Source: an uncultured bacterium (GTDB taxonomy: Bacteria > Gemmatimonadota > Gemmatimonadetes > Gemmatimonadales > Gemmatimonadaceae). Taken from it: a stretch of DNA of 42,185 nt. Under the pieces are notes generated by a model, which worked only from the letters and a program-made list of their open reading frames with translations, did not search any database and had not been told where the DNA came from. Both the position numbers and the translations under genes were made by a program. The stretch spans positions 1-42,185 of the forward strand of contig CAXBQP010000027.1 of assembly GCA_963978095.1 (NCBI GenBank), written 5' to 3'. This document shows, piece by piece, positions 1 through 11,485 of the stretch. Positions within the stretch are counted from its first letter, which is position 1. Each line of letters begins with the position of its first letter.

Positions 1-1174
<1,174 letters not shown>

Positions 1175-1197
1175 GACTCCATCTTCTCACACAATGG

Positions 1198-1224
1198 AGC
1201 CTCCGGGAATCCCGGGGCGATTCA
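1198..1224 (-). repeat. IS left terminal inverted repeat (IRL)
   Basis: 5'-TGAATCGCCCCGGGATTCCCGGAGGCT, beginning 50 nt upstream of the orfA ATG; composition changes just outside it; partner IRR not in window. Confidence 0.8.
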
Positions 1225-1530
1225 GTCGTACAGACGGGCCACGAGATTTTCTATGGTCGCGGCCAATCTACAATCACCATGAAAGTGAATCGGTGATGGG
1301 AGTGTTTTGTAACTCCAAATCGCGCAGCAACACAGACCAAGCGAGACCGTCAGTGTGAACCAACGAGCAGAAGAGTCGTCACTGAAACGATTCGCCTGCC
1401 ATTAGATTACTTCGAGTCAAGTTAGCGGCAACCGTCTACATGCGCTTGCGTTGCATGTCAGACGTGCGCGGATAAAGCTGGGCCGCATCCATGAGACGAT
1501 GTCCCACAAAATGGTCGGGTACTAACAACT

Positions 1531-3207
1531 ATGGCTCCGCAGTTCATTTATGTAATGAAGGCGCTGCGCAAGGTGATACCGCCCCAGCGCATCATCCTGG
1601 ATGACATCTGGCTCTCCTTCTATCCGGGCGCCAAGATCGGCGTGCTGGGTCCCAACGGCGCCGGCAAGTCGTCGTTGCTGCGCATCATGGCGGGGGTCGA
1701 TCAGGAGTTCCAAGGGGAAGCCTGGGCGCACAAGGGCACGCGCATCGGGTATCTCCCGCAAGAGCCGCAGCTCGACCCCAACAAGACGGTCAAGGGGAAC
1801 GTCGATGAAGCGGTGGCGGTGCAGCGCGCCAAGCTCGACCGCTTCAATGAGGTCTCGATGAAGTTCGCCGAGCCCATGAGCGACGACGAGATGAACGCGC
1901 TGCTGGAGGAGCAGGGGAAGCTCCAGGAGTACATCGACAACCACAACCTGTGGGAGCTCGACCGCAAGGTGGAGATCGCCATGGATGCGTTGCGGCTGCC
2001 GCCAGCCGACGCCGACGTCACGCACCTGTCGGGTGGTGAACGGCGTCGCGTGGCGCTCTGCAAGGTGTTGCTCGAAGAGCCGGACATGCTGCTGCTGGAC
2101 GAACCCACCAACCACTTGGACGCGGAGAGCGTCGCGTGGTTGGAGCAGTTCCTGGCATCGTTCCCGGGCACGGTGGTGGCCATCACGCACGATCGCTACT
2201 TCCTCGACAACGTCGCCCAGTGGATCCTGGAGCTCGACCGCGGCAAGGGGATCCCGTGGGAAGGGAACTACACGAGCTGGCTCGACCAGAAGCAGAACCG
2301 CATGGCCCTCGAAGAGAAGACGGCGAGTGCCCGCCAGCGCACGCTGCAACGTGAACTCGAGTGGGTGCGCATGGCCCCACGGGCTCGGCAGGCCAAGAGC
2401 AAGGCGCGTATTCAGGCCTTCGAGGAGCTGCAGAGCGAGGAGCAGCAGGCCAAGGTCGCCACGAACGAGATCGTGATCCCGCCGCCGGCGCGGCTCGGCA
2501 ATGACGTCGTGATCGCCAAGAAGGCCAGCAAGGCGTTCGGGGAGAAATTGTTGTTCGACGATCTCAACTTCTCGTTGCCGCGTGGCGGGATCGTGGGGAT
2601 CATCGGCCCGAACGGCGCCGGCAAGACCACGCTGTTCAAGATCATGGGGGGCAAGGAGCGGCTCGACAGCGGCGAGATCAAGATCGGCGAGACCGTGCAG
2701 ATGGCCTACGTCGATCAGTCGCGGACGCTGAATCCCGAGAATACCGCCTGGCAGGAGATCTCCGGCGGACTCGAGCAGGTCATGGTGGGGAAGAAGGAGC
2801 TCAACAGCCGCGCGTATCTGAGCAGTTTCAACTTCCGCGGCTCGGATCAGCAGAAGAAGGTCGGGATCCTCTCGGGCGGCGAGCGGAACCGGCTGCATCT
2901 GGCCAAGACCCTCATGGAGGGGGCCAACCTCCTCCTGCTCGACGAACCGACCAACGACCTCGACGTCGACACGCTGCGCGCGCTGGAAGAAGCGCTGCTC
3001 GACTTCGCCGGCTGCGCGGTGGTCATCACCCACGATCGCTGGTTCCTCGACCGGATCGCGACGCACATCCTCGCCTTCGAAGGCGACTCGGAAGTGGTGT
3101 GGTTCGAAGGGAACTACGGCCTCTACATCGAGGACCTGCGCAAGCGAAAGGGGCCCGACGCCGATCAGCCGCACCGGATCAAGTTCAAGCCGCTCGTGCG
3201 CGAATAG
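1531..3207 (+). CDS. ettA: Energy-dependent translational throttle ABC-F ATPase EttA/ChvD
   Basis: MAPQFIYVM start, [19 protein letters not shown], two ABC cassettes ([24 protein letters not shown]), ELEWVR linker, PHRIKFKPL end. Confidence 0.95.
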   Translation: MAPQFIYVMKALRKVIPPQRIILDDIWLSFYPGAKIGVLGPNGAGKSSLLRIMAGVDQEFQGEAWAHKGTRIGYLPQEPQLDPNKTVKGNVDEAVAVQRAKLDRFNEVSMKFAEPMSDDEMNALLEEQGKLQEYIDNHNLWELDRKVEIAMDALRLPPADADVTHLSGGERRRVALCKVLLEEPDMLLLDEPTNHLDAESVAWLEQFLASFPGTVVAITHDRYFLDNVAQWILELDRGKGIPWEGNYTSWLDQKQNRMALEEKTASARQRTLQRELEWVRMAPRARQAKSKARIQAFEELQSEEQQAKVATNEIVIPPPARLGNDVVIAKKASKAFGEKLLFDDLNFSLPRGGIVGIIGPNGAGKTTLFKIMGGKERLDSGEIKIGETVQMAYVDQSRTLNPENTAWQEISGGLEQVMVGKKELNSRAYLSSFNFRGSDQQKKVGILSGGERNRLHLAKTLMEGANLLLLDEPTNDLDVDTLRALEEALLDFAGCAVVITHDRWFLDRIATHILAFEGDSEVVWFEGNYGLYIEDLRKRKGPDADQPHRIKFKPLVRE

Positions 3208-3381
3208 GGTACGGCCCGGTTCCTGTCGACGGGGTGGAAGGAGCCGCGGGCGCGGTCCGTGCCGTAACGGAACGTCCGCGGCTGCGTATTGTATATGAAG
3301 GCAATAGGCCCCAGTGAGCCCGGTATCCTCCGGGCCCTGACGAAGGATGGAGGGGCCGTACGCTGGGTGCAGGAGGGAATC

Positions 3382-4131
3382 GTGATCAACTCACCGGTCG
3401 GTATCGCCGTGTTCGCCGCCATCATCGCCAGTGGATGGAGCACGGCGGCGCGCGCCCAGGATTCCGGCAAAGGATTTTTCTTTGGTCGTCCGGACGCGTC
3501 GCTGGTGATCCGCGGGGGGCTCACGGTCCCCAGTGCCTCCAGTGATGTGTTCGCGCAGGCCATCAAGGATCTGACGCTCGACAAAGGGGCGTTCCAGGCG
3601 GCATCGATCGGTGCCGATCTGCAGATCCACGGCACCGACCGCTACGACGTCACGCTCGGGTTCGACTTCGCCGGTTCGAACACGAAATCGGAGTTCCGGA
3701 ACTGGGTCGATAACCTCAACCACCCGATCGAACAGTACACGACCTTGCAGCGCATGCCGGTCACGATGGCGATCAAGTACTATCTCGTGCCGAATGGCCG
3801 GAGCATCGGTCGGCTCGCTTGGGTGCCCACGACGTTCACCCCGTATGTCGGACTCGGGGGCGGGTGGATGTGGTACCAGTTCCGTCAGAATGGCGACTTC
3901 ATCGACATGACGACCAAGAACGTCTTCCACGACGACTACAAGTCGGATGGATGGACACCGACGGCGCAGGCATTCGCGGGCGTCGATTATTCCGTAAGCC
4001 CGCGGTACGCCATCACGACGGAGATGCGGTACACCGCTGCGCGCGCGACGCTCAGCGGGGATTTCACCGGGTTCAGTCGGATCGACCTCTCCGGTCTTGC
4101 GACGAGCATCGGCATCCATGTCAGGTTCTGA
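3382..4131 (+). CDS. Outer-membrane beta-barrel protein (OmpA/OmpW-like membrane domain)
   Basis: AGGAGG RBS at 3371 before GTG 3382; signal peptide (ARA-Q); PYVGLGGG strand; alternating aromatic strands; C-terminal Phe (GIHVRF). Confidence 0.75.
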   Translation: MINSPVGIAVFAAIIASGWSTAARAQDSGKGFFFGRPDASLVIRGGLTVPSASSDVFAQAIKDLTLDKGAFQAASIGADLQIHGTDRYDVTLGFDFAGSNTKSEFRNWVDNLNHPIEQYTTLQRMPVTMAIKYYLVPNGRSIGRLAWVPTTFTPYVGLGGGWMWYQFRQNGDFIDMTTKNVFHDDYKSDGWTPTAQAFAGVDYSVSPRYAITTEMRYTAARATLSGDFTGFSRIDLSGLATSIGIHVRF

Positions 4132-4141
4132 GGAGATGAAC

Positions 4142-5470
4142 ATGCGTATCACGACTCGTGTGCTCCGGTTCGCGGCGGTCACCACCCTGTGGTCGGCGAC
4201 GATCGTTCCCGTCGCTGCCGCGCAGCAAGGCGGCGATGCGCGTTGGCATCCCTGGATCGGCTGCTGGGCACCGCAACAAGCCGCCATGCTCGGCGGCGTC
4301 ACGCCACCACAACTCTGCGTCGTGCCGACCGGCGGTGCCGTTGCCGATTTCATCACGATCGCTGATGGCAAGGTGGTGGAACGCACGGCCGTCGATGCCA
4401 GCGGAGCACGTCGCGCGGTGGCCAAGGACGGCTGCACGGGATGGGAGCAGGCCGGATTCTCGAAGGACGGGGATCGGATCTATGTGCGATCGGAGCTCAC
4501 CTGCGCGTCGGACATGAAGCGCACCTCGAGCGCGATCGTCGCCATGGCGGGACAGTCGAACATGCTGCATGTGCAAGGCATGACGTCAGGCGAGTACACC
4601 GGGATCCATGCGGCGCGTTACGCACCCGCCCAGCCACCGACCGGACTTCCGCCGGAGGCCATGGCGGCGCTGCAGGTGAATCGCGCCGGCGCCGCAACGT
4701 CGCGATTGCTGGCAACCCGCCCCTTCACGATCGCGGCCGTGAAGGAGGCGGTGACCGCTGTCGACGGGCCCGTGGTGGAAGCGTTCTTGACGGAGCGCAA
4801 GCAGCGCTTCAATCTGGACGCCAAGGCACTCATCGATTTGGCTGACGCCAAGGTCCCGGCGCGCGTGACCGACTTGATGGTCGCCCTCAGCTACCCCGAC
4901 GTCTTCGCGGTGAATCCGTCGACCGGGGAGTCCGACTTCATTCCGGACGAACGTGAGGGGGCGCGAGGGGAAGGGCGCGCCGGATACCCGCGGATGTCCG
5001 ACCCCTACTACGGATGGGAACGGTACTATGGCATGGGGCTGTATCCGTTCGGCTACTCCCCCTACGGCTACTCGCCCTACGGGTACTACGGATACGGCTA
5101 TCCCATGAACTATGGCTACGCCGGTTTCGGCTACGGTGGGTACGGGATCGGTGGCGGCTGGTACTACGGAACAACGCCCGTGATCATCGTCCGCAACGAT
5201 GCCAATACCCCGAGCCCTGCGGCCCCGCATGGACGAATGGTGAAAGGGGGTGGCTACCAGCAGGGTGGGAGCGGCAGCGGGACATCGGGTGGCCCGCGGA
5301 CCTCGAGCGCGCCGTCGAGCAGCGGAACCGGGAGCTCGTCCAGCGGATCGTCGAGCGGCTCCTCGAGCGGTGGGTCGAGCGGTGGGTCCAGCCCTGCGGC
5401 TCCGCGCACCGCCGTACCGAAGACGCCGGACGGCAAGACACCGGACGGCAAGACGCCCAGCGCCGGCTAG
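4142..5470 (+). CDS. Exported hypothetical protein with Tyr/Gly-rich and Ser/Gly-rich low-complexity C-terminus
   Basis: AGGAG RBS at 4131; signal peptide (AAA-QQ); Cys-containing N-terminal domain; YGYSPYGYYGYGY tract; SSSG tract. Confidence 0.8.
   Translation: MRITTRVLRFAAVTTLWSATIVPVAAAQQGGDARWHPWIGCWAPQQAAMLGGVTPPQLCVVPTGGAVADFITIADGKVVERTAVDASGARRAVAKDGCTGWEQAGFSKDGDRIYVRSELTCASDMKRTSSAIVAMAGQSNMLHVQGMTSGEYTGIHAARYAPAQPPTGLPPEAMAALQVNRAGAATSRLLATRPFTIAAVKEAVTAVDGPVVEAFLTERKQRFNLDAKALIDLADAKVPARVTDLMVALSYPDVFAVNPSTGESDFIPDEREGARGEGRAGYPRMSDPYYGWERYYGMGLYPFGYSPYGYSPYGYYGYGYPMNYGYAGFGYGGYGIGGGWYYGTTPVIIVRNDANTPSPAAPHGRMVKGGGYQQGGSGSGTSGGPRTSSAPSSSGTGSSSSGSSSGSSSGGSSGGSSPAAPRTAVPKTPDGKTPDGKTPSAG
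5420..5457 (+). repeat. 15-bp tandem repeat (x2.5) encoding KTPDG-KTPDG-KTP
   Basis: aagacgccggacggc aagacaccggacggc aagacgcc. Confidence 0.8.
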
Positions 5471-5511
5471 GGGAGATTCCCGCTGGGCGGTGCCGGCGGC
5501 ATATTGGCAGG

Positions 5512-8253
5512 ATGACCGCTCTCACCAGATTGTCCCGCTTGGGCCGCCCGACGTCGATTCTTCGCGCCGGTGCGGCCCTTTCCTTCGTCACCGTGTTGGG
5601 CACCGTCGCCGCCGCGCGCGCCGTCGCGCAGCAGGGCAGCGTGCCGACGCCTGAATCCGTGCTTGGATTCCCGGTCGGCGCCGATTTCAAGCTCGCGACC
5701 TACGACGAAAGCATCCGCTACTTCCAACGACTCGCCGCCGCGAGCAACCGCATCAAGTTGCTCGATGTCGGCAAGACCTCGAGCGGACACGCGTGGACGC
5801 TCGCGGTAATCTCGAGCCCCGAGAACCTCGCCAAGCTCGATCACTATCGCGACATCGCGCAGAAGCTGGCGCATCCATCGGGACTCACCGACGACCAGGC
5901 GCGCACACTCGCCAAGGAAGGGCGCGCCTTCGTCGACATCAGCGGTGGGCTCCACGCGAGCGAGATCGCGGGATCGCAGCACACGATCCAGCTCGCGTAC
6001 GACATCCTCTCCAAGCCCGACGACCCAAAGATCAAGGCGATCCTCGACAACACCGTCCTGTTCCTCTGGCCGAGCATCAATCCGGACGGACAGAACATCG
6101 TGGTGAACTGGTATCGCGAGAACGTGGGCACGCCGTACGAGGTCAGCCCGTTGCACGAGCTCTACCAGAAGTACATCGGCCACGACAACAACCGCGACGG
6201 CTACATGCTGAACGTGGTGGAGTCGCGCGTCGTCGCACGGACCTGGCGGCAGTGGGAGCCGAATATCATCTACGTGCAACACCAGACGGCCCCCTTCCCG
6301 ACACGCATCTGGCTGCCGCCGTTCGCCGATCCGATCGCGCCGCGAGTGAATCCCATGATGTCGCGCGAAGTGAATACGATCGGCATGACGATTGCCCAGA
6401 ACCTGGAACAAGAGGGGAAGCCAGGGGCCACGCACATGGGGACGGGCTTCGATGCCTGGTATCCGGGCTACATCGACTACCTCCCGATGTTGCAGAACAT
6501 CGCCGCCTTCTGGACGGAGACCGCGCTCTACCAGTACGCCACGCCGCACTTCTATACAGTGCGTGACATCGGCGCCGACAATCTGCGACCGACATCGCTC
6601 TACAACAGCCCATGGCAAGGCGGATGGTGGCGGCTGAAGGACGCCGTGGATTACATGCGCACGGCATCGCTGGCGGTGCTCGATTACGCGGTGAAGTACC
6701 GCGAGGACCTCCTGTACAATCGATATCAGGCTGGACGCAACACGATCGCCAAATACACCGCGAATCCGCCGTATGCGTACATCGTGCCGCAGAACCAGCG
6801 CGATCCCGGCACCGCGGTCGAACTGCTTCGTCGCTTGGCCTTCAACGGGATCCGCGTGTCGCAACTCGAGCGTGATGTGCGCTATGAGAACACCACGTTC
6901 CCGCGCGGCACGTGGGTGATCCCGATGGACCAGGAATTCGGCGAGCTCGCGCGTCAGGTACTCGAGAAGCAGGAGTATCCGGATCTGCGCGAGTTCCCGG
7001 GCGGGCCGCCGGAGCAACCCTACGACGCGGCCGGCTGGACATTGCCCTATCAGATGGATGTGAAGGTGCTCGAGGCCAAGTCGCCGCTGCCGGCGGAGTT
7101 TCGCGCCGCGCTCAAGCCGCTCCAGGCCAAGGGGACCGATCTCGCGAACGCCGACGCGCCCTTCACCACCGATCCGCGCGCGGCGGCGATCATACCGCCT
7201 CCGGCGCGCATCACCGGAACTGGTGATCAACTCGTGCTGGATCCCGCACAGAACAACGCGTTCCGTGTCTTGGCGCGCGCGCTCAACGAGGGCGCCACCG
7301 TCACCTTCGACGGCGGACGCTACGCACTCAGCGGTACAGGAATCGACAAGGCGCTCGCGATGACGGAGGAGCTCGGACTTCGCGCCGAACGTCGCGCCGT
7401 GACGAGCAGCGGTGCGGCGGTGCGCAACCGCGTGGCCATCTACAAGCCGTGGACCGCGAGCATGGATGAAGGGTGGACGGAGTGGCTGCTCGACGGTTGG
7501 GGCTTCAAGTACACCATCCTCACCAACTCCGACATCCAAGCCGGCGACCTCAGCAGCAAATACGACGTGATCCTCTTCGCGAGTGATCGCGCAGGGTCGA
7601 TCACCGACGGTTTCGCCAAAGGGAGCGTGCCACCTCGCTTCGAAGGGGGGATCGGCGACGCGGGGATCCGTGCCCTCGACGCCTTCGTGCGCGCGGGTGG
7701 CTCGATGGTCACCTTCAGCCAGAGCAGCGACTTCGCGATCAACGCGCTGCATCTGCCGGTGAGGAACGTGGTCGCGGGACTCAAGCGGACGGACTACTTC
7801 TCGAGCGGAAGCATCCTCGAGGTGAACACCGACGCGTCACACCCGGTGATGGCGGGGATGCCGGAGAAAGCCAAGGTGTTCGTCGAAGGGAGCCCGGTGT
7901 TCACGACGACGGACGGATTCGAGGGCACCGTGCTCGCCCGCTACGCCAAGGACGGGTCCCCCCTCATGAGCGGCTACCTGCTCGGCGAGAAATACCTGCA
8001 AGGGCAGGCGGCGGCGGTCGATGTGAAGCATGGCCGCGGGCATGTGGTATTGATCGGATTCCGGCCGCAGTGGCGCGGGCAGCCGTTCGGGACCTTCAAG
8101 GTGGTGTTCAACTCGTTGTTCTTTGGAGGAGCCGTGTCGCAGGCAGCGAAATCCGCGCCCGTTGCGCCGTCCGCCGCACGAACACCGGAGCGCACCGCCG
8201 ACAAACCGGCGAATCGACCAGGAGCGCCGAACGACCGGCCATCAAGGCGGTGA
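5512..8253 (+). CDS. Exported M14-family zinc carboxypeptidase with C-terminal class-I GATase-like domain
   Basis: GLHASE (HxxE), NPDG, HDNNRD, QHQ Zn ligand, PYDAAGW, MDEGWT; signal peptide after ATG 5512 (the ORF-track extension upstream overlaps the previous gene). Confidence 0.88.
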   Translation: MTALTRLSRLGRPTSILRAGAALSFVTVLGTVAAARAVAQQGSVPTPESVLGFPVGADFKLATYDESIRYFQRLAAASNRIKLLDVGKTSSGHAWTLAVISSPENLAKLDHYRDIAQKLAHPSGLTDDQARTLAKEGRAFVDISGGLHASEIAGSQHTIQLAYDILSKPDDPKIKAILDNTVLFLWPSINPDGQNIVVNWYRENVGTPYEVSPLHELYQKYIGHDNNRDGYMLNVVESRVVARTWRQWEPNIIYVQHQTAPFPTRIWLPPFADPIAPRVNPMMSREVNTIGMTIAQNLEQEGKPGATHMGTGFDAWYPGYIDYLPMLQNIAAFWTETALYQYATPHFYTVRDIGADNLRPTSLYNSPWQGGWWRLKDAVDYMRTASLAVLDYAVKYREDLLYNRYQAGRNTIAKYTANPPYAYIVPQNQRDPGTAVELLRRLAFNGIRVSQLERDVRYENTTFPRGTWVIPMDQEFGELARQVLEKQEYPDLREFPGGPPEQPYDAAGWTLPYQMDVKVLEAKSPLPAEFRAALKPLQAKGTDLANADAPFTTDPRAAAIIPPPARITGTGDQLVLDPAQNNAFRVLARALNEGATVTFDGGRYALSGTGIDKALAMTEELGLRAERRAVTSSGAAVRNRVAIYKPWTASMDEGWTEWLLDGWGFKYTILTNSDIQAGDLSSKYDVILFASDRAGSITDGFAKGSVPPRFEGGIGDAGIRALDAFVRAGGSMVTFSQSSDFAINALHLPVRNVVAGLKRTDYFSSGSILEVNTDASHPVMAGMPEKAKVFVEGSPVFTTTDGFEGTVLARYAKDGSPLMSGYLLGEKYLQGQAAAVDVKHGRGHVVLIGFRPQWRGQPFGTFKVVFNSLFFGGAVSQAAKSAPVAPSAARTPERTADKPANRPGAPNDRPSRR

Positions 8254-8277
8254 TGGTCACGCCATCCGGCCGGACCC

Positions 8278-10014
8278 TCATCTCGGCGCGAAGTTCAGGA
8301 CATTCTGTGGTACCGCCGCGGAGCGCGCACGAGTCACGTCACGGGCTTCTCGCAGGATCCAGTGCGTGATGTCGTTGGCGGACAGGCGCACCTCCCACGA
8401 GGAGCCTCCGCGGTTGTTGAGCGGAACTCCGACATCGAGTCGGTACACACGCATTCCGCCGGAAGGATAGGATCCGAGCAGCGAAAGACCGACTGACGCC
8501 TTCACCTCACTGGTACGACTCAGCGGCGCACCGCCCGCCCATACCTTGCCGGCGTCGACGAACTCGGCGAGAGCCAGATCGGCCCGAGGAAAATACCAGG
8601 TGAGCAACTGACGTTCCTCGGCGCGCAATACCAATCGCGCGCCCCCCGCCTCGTGCGACGTCACGAATCCGCGCAATCCGCCTTCTTGGTCGGCGAAGGT
8701 CAGCTGGATGGGATACGTGAGCGACCGAATGCCGGAGAGTTCCGCGTTCAGCACCCGCGTGCGCGTCGCGGACGGTTTGCTGTACCATGCGGCAGTCGCG
8801 CTGCCCACCACGCCTTTGAGCTCGTGCGTCCCCTGTTGCAGACGCGTTTCGCCAACGACCCGCACCTCGGCGAACGATCCAGGTCCTCCGTTTGCCGCAT
8901 AGAAGTCGCCGTGCACGAAATAGTCATGCGCTCCGGTCGACGCGCGCAGACTGGGCCCGGCGATCATGATGAACTGGGTGCCGGTGGCGACGTCCTGCTG
9001 CGCCCGCAGCGCATCGAAGTTGCGGACGGTCTTGTACGAAAGTGCGCGATATCCCGTGACGATCGCCGCGCGCGTGACCGTGAAGGGCGCGATCCCACTG
9101 AGGAGTGACGGCATCGGGGCGGTGGGTACGATCCCGCTGTCGGAGAGCACCACGAAGTTGTCCGTGTCGATGTGCGTGTCTTCGCCCATCAGGAGCCCGC
9201 CGAGAAGTCCCACGACTCCTCCTGGTTCTCCGAGTCTCCACACCATGCCGGCGTCGTAGGCGCTGCGGCGGACGAAAAGTCCGATTGCATCACCCGTGGC
9301 GCGTGTGAGACCGTAGTAGTCGGTGGTCGACGTGATTCCGGTGTGAAAGCTCAGGCGCTGCAGGTCCGTGAGCAGTGGGTCGGTGAACTCCACGCCCCAT
9401 GCTTCGCCGGTCGGACCTTGTTTGGCGCGCAGCGTGACGTTCCACGGTTTGTCGAAGAGACCGAATCGCGTGGCCTCGAATCCGTAGCCGTTGCGATAGC
9501 TGAATCCACGCTCCACGAAGACACTGGCCGCGAGTCCATTGCCCCCGAGATTGCCGTTGCCGATGCCGAGGCTGGAGAGCGTGCCGTGGCCAAGACTCCC
9601 GGAGAAGAGCCACGGCAGCTCGTCGACGGTGTCGATTTCGAGGCGCACACGGCCCGCGCCATCATCGATGGGTCGTACGACAGCGTCGGCGATGAACGGT
9701 TGGCCACGCACCATGCGCTCGGCTTCGTGACGTGCGAACTCCGAGCAGCGATCCCCAACGGTGATCGGGACGTAGTGCGATATCAGTTCGGAACGCGTGG
9801 TGGAATGCCGGAGGCCCGTGAACTCCTGCCACAACCGATTCGCCTCCGCGAGTTGTCCACGGAACGCAGGGGGGCGCTGAGAGTACGTGATGGCAGTGAT
9901 GGTCTCGCCACGGCAGGGGCGGGCGCGGACAAGGCCCTGCGCTTCCGCCGTGCAGGGGGTCGCGACCATCCATCCCAGAAGTATTCCGCGGATCAATCGG
10001 CGCGTTGCCAGCAT
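8278..10014 (-). CDS. Omp85/BamA-TamA-like outer-membrane protein (POTRA-like N-terminus plus barrel)
   Basis: Signal peptide; EAERMVRGQPFIADA POTRA-like segment; NLGGNG barrel start; GGLRGF; AEFVDAGKVW; RLDVGVPL. Confidence 0.65.
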   Translation of the reverse strand: MLATRRLIRGILLGWMVATPCTAEAQGLVRARPCRGETITAITYSQRPPAFRGQLAEANRLWQEFTGLRHSTTRSELISHYVPITVGDRCSEFARHEAERMVRGQPFIADAVVRPIDDGAGRVRLEIDTVDELPWLFSGSLGHGTLSSLGIGNGNLGGNGLAASVFVERGFSYRNGYGFEATRFGLFDKPWNVTLRAKQGPTGEAWGVEFTDPLLTDLQRLSFHTGITSTTDYYGLTRATGDAIGLFVRRSAYDAGMVWRLGEPGGVVGLLGGLLMGEDTHIDTDNFVVLSDSGIVPTAPMPSLLSGIAPFTVTRAAIVTGYRALSYKTVRNFDALRAQQDVATGTQFIMIAGPSLRASTGAHDYFVHGDFYAANGGPGSFAEVRVVGETRLQQGTHELKGVVGSATAAWYSKPSATRTRVLNAELSGIRSLTYPIQLTFADQEGGLRGFVTSHEAGGARLVLRAEERQLLTWYFPRADLALAEFVDAGKVWAGGAPLSRTSEVKASVGLSLLGSYPSGGMRVYRLDVGVPLNNRGGSSWEVRLSANDITHWILREARDVTRARSAAVPQNVLNFAPR

Positions 10015-10068
10015 CCAGATAAGGTCGCCAACGCGGACCGGTGTGGAAAGCTCGTCTGCCGAAAATGC

Positions 10069-10761
10069 CTACCGGCGGTTCGCCGCACACAGCGACTGCT
10101 TGATTGCCGGCAGCATGGCGCCCTCCCGCCGCAGATCCGCATGCGGCGCATCTTCCAGGTGTGTCGGCGCGTAGACGCCCTGCGCATCAGCGACAAGCAT
10201 GGTGCCATACAGCTGCCCCCGCCCGTTGCGCACGCGGATCCGGTCTTCGAGCATCGCGACATCGGTGGCGAAGGACTCGGAGGGTCCGGCTTCCATGAAC
10301 CGTCGGGTCGCACCGGCTTCGAGGGCCGAGTCGCCGAGCACGAGCATCCACGCGGCATGCATCCCCGCCGCGCCGACGACAGAGCGCGTCGGCCACTCCG
10401 AGCCGCGGGTGGCGAGTCGTGTCCTGAGCAACGCGCGGATCTCATCACCCGCGGCACCGCCGGTCAGTGGTGCATCCTTGATCGTGAACCCCGGCTTCAG
10501 CGCCAGCGCGCCCTTCACATCGAGTGCCGCCGCACGCAACAGTGCCGTGCGCAGCGAGTCGTTCGTCCAATCGTTGCCCGCCTCGGTGAGCCACGTGCGC
10601 TGATCCTTGGCCCAGGCCTTGGAGGTGTCGGGCAGTGGGCATTTTGAGGCGCTCGCCTGAGCCGCTGGTTTCCCCGCGGCTTTCGCCCGCTGTGCCCTCA
10701 TGCATACCGGTAGCACGAGCGTCAGCATTGCCGCGGCGGCGAATCTCCGGGTCGCGCTCAC
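10069..10761 (-). CDS. Exported DUF6624-like protein
   Basis: GTG start overlaps upstream TGA (GTGA); WPTRSVVG..AAWMLV, AMLEDRIRV..G..QLYGT, DLRRE motifs. Confidence 0.7.
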   Translation of the reverse strand: MSATRRFAAAAMLTLVLPVCMRAQRAKAAGKPAAQASASKCPLPDTSKAWAKDQRTWLTEAGNDWTNDSLRTALLRAAALDVKGALALKPGFTIKDAPLTGGAAGDEIRALLRTRLATRGSEWPTRSVVGAAGMHAAWMLVLGDSALEAGATRRFMEAGPSESFATDVAMLEDRIRVRNGRGQLYGTMLVADAQGVYAPTHLEDAPHADLRREGAMLPAIKQSLCAANRR

Positions 10762-11477
10762 TTGTCGGTCCTCAGCACGGTGAACCCTTCGAACTCCGTC
10801 ATGCTGTCGGTCTTGCTCCACAGTCCGACCTTGCCGGACACCGGTTCCTTGAGGGTGAACTCCACGGCCAGCTGCCCGTTGAGATACGCCTTGAAGTCGG
10901 TACCGTGTACCACGGCCTTGAGCTCGTTCCAGGTACCGAGTTCGAGCGGATAGCTTCCCGTGCCGCGCTTCACGAAGCTGCGCTTGCCGTCGTTGAAGGT
11001 CCAAAGGACGACGTTGTCCTCGGTCCCGTTGAAGCGTACCGCCAGGTAATCCCCCTTGGGCTTCACATTGAAGAGGATCCCGCCACACCGGTCGAGGGCG
11101 CCGCCGATCATCTTGAACTTCACGCGGATCTCGCCGTTCTCGAAGTTGTCGATGTCCTTGGCCACCGCGATCGGGAAATAGGCGAAGGCCTTCACATTGT
11201 CGATGAAGTCCTCGTGCCGCGCGCCGTAGATCTCGCGGGCCTTGTCCGCCAAGCCGCCTGCGGGCTGTCCGCGCTTCCACTTGCGACCGTCCACGAGGAT
11301 CACATGGCGCCCCTCGTCGCTGGACACCACCCAATCGCCGACCATCGGAAGGAACTTCTGTGGTTCCTTGCCGACCTTCTCGTTCTTGAGGTCGATGGTG
11401 ACCGGCTTGGAACCCTGCGCCGCCACTGGGGCGGCGAGGGTTCCGGCAAACAGCAGAACAGCGACAAAAGGGCGCAT
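10758..11477 (-). CDS. Exported beta-sandwich protein (DUF1080/ConA-lectin-like)
   Basis: Signal peptide; FENGEIRVKFK, GGILF, WNELKAVVHG, YLNG, SGKVGLW pattern. Confidence 0.65.
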   Translation of the reverse strand: MRPFVAVLLFAGTLAAPVAAQGSKPVTIDLKNEKVGKEPQKFLPMVGDWVVSSDEGRHVILVDGRKWKRGQPAGGLADKAREIYGARHEDFIDNVKAFAYFPIAVAKDIDNFENGEIRVKFKMIGGALDRCGGILFNVKPKGDYLAVRFNGTEDNVVLWTFNDGKRSFVKRGTGSYPLELGTWNELKAVVHGTDFKAYLNGQLAVEFTLKEPVSGKVGLWSKTDSMTEFEGFTVLRTDK

Positions 11478-11485
11478 ACCGGATC

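Noticed and set aside
1522..3174. 550-aa minus-strand ORF, and similar long antisense ORFs (5467-7752, 19451-21244, 27176-29257, 40657-42033)
   Set aside because: Mirror frames of well-supported genes, expected in high-GC3 DNA; no family motifs
3336..3345. CTGACGA resembling a hammerhead ribozyme core
   Set aside because: No stem II followed by GAAA and no matching cleavage-site geometry
5014..5511. N-terminal extension of the M14 ORF (1079 aa)
   Set aside because: Overlaps the preceding gene in another frame; the signal peptide starts at ATG 5512
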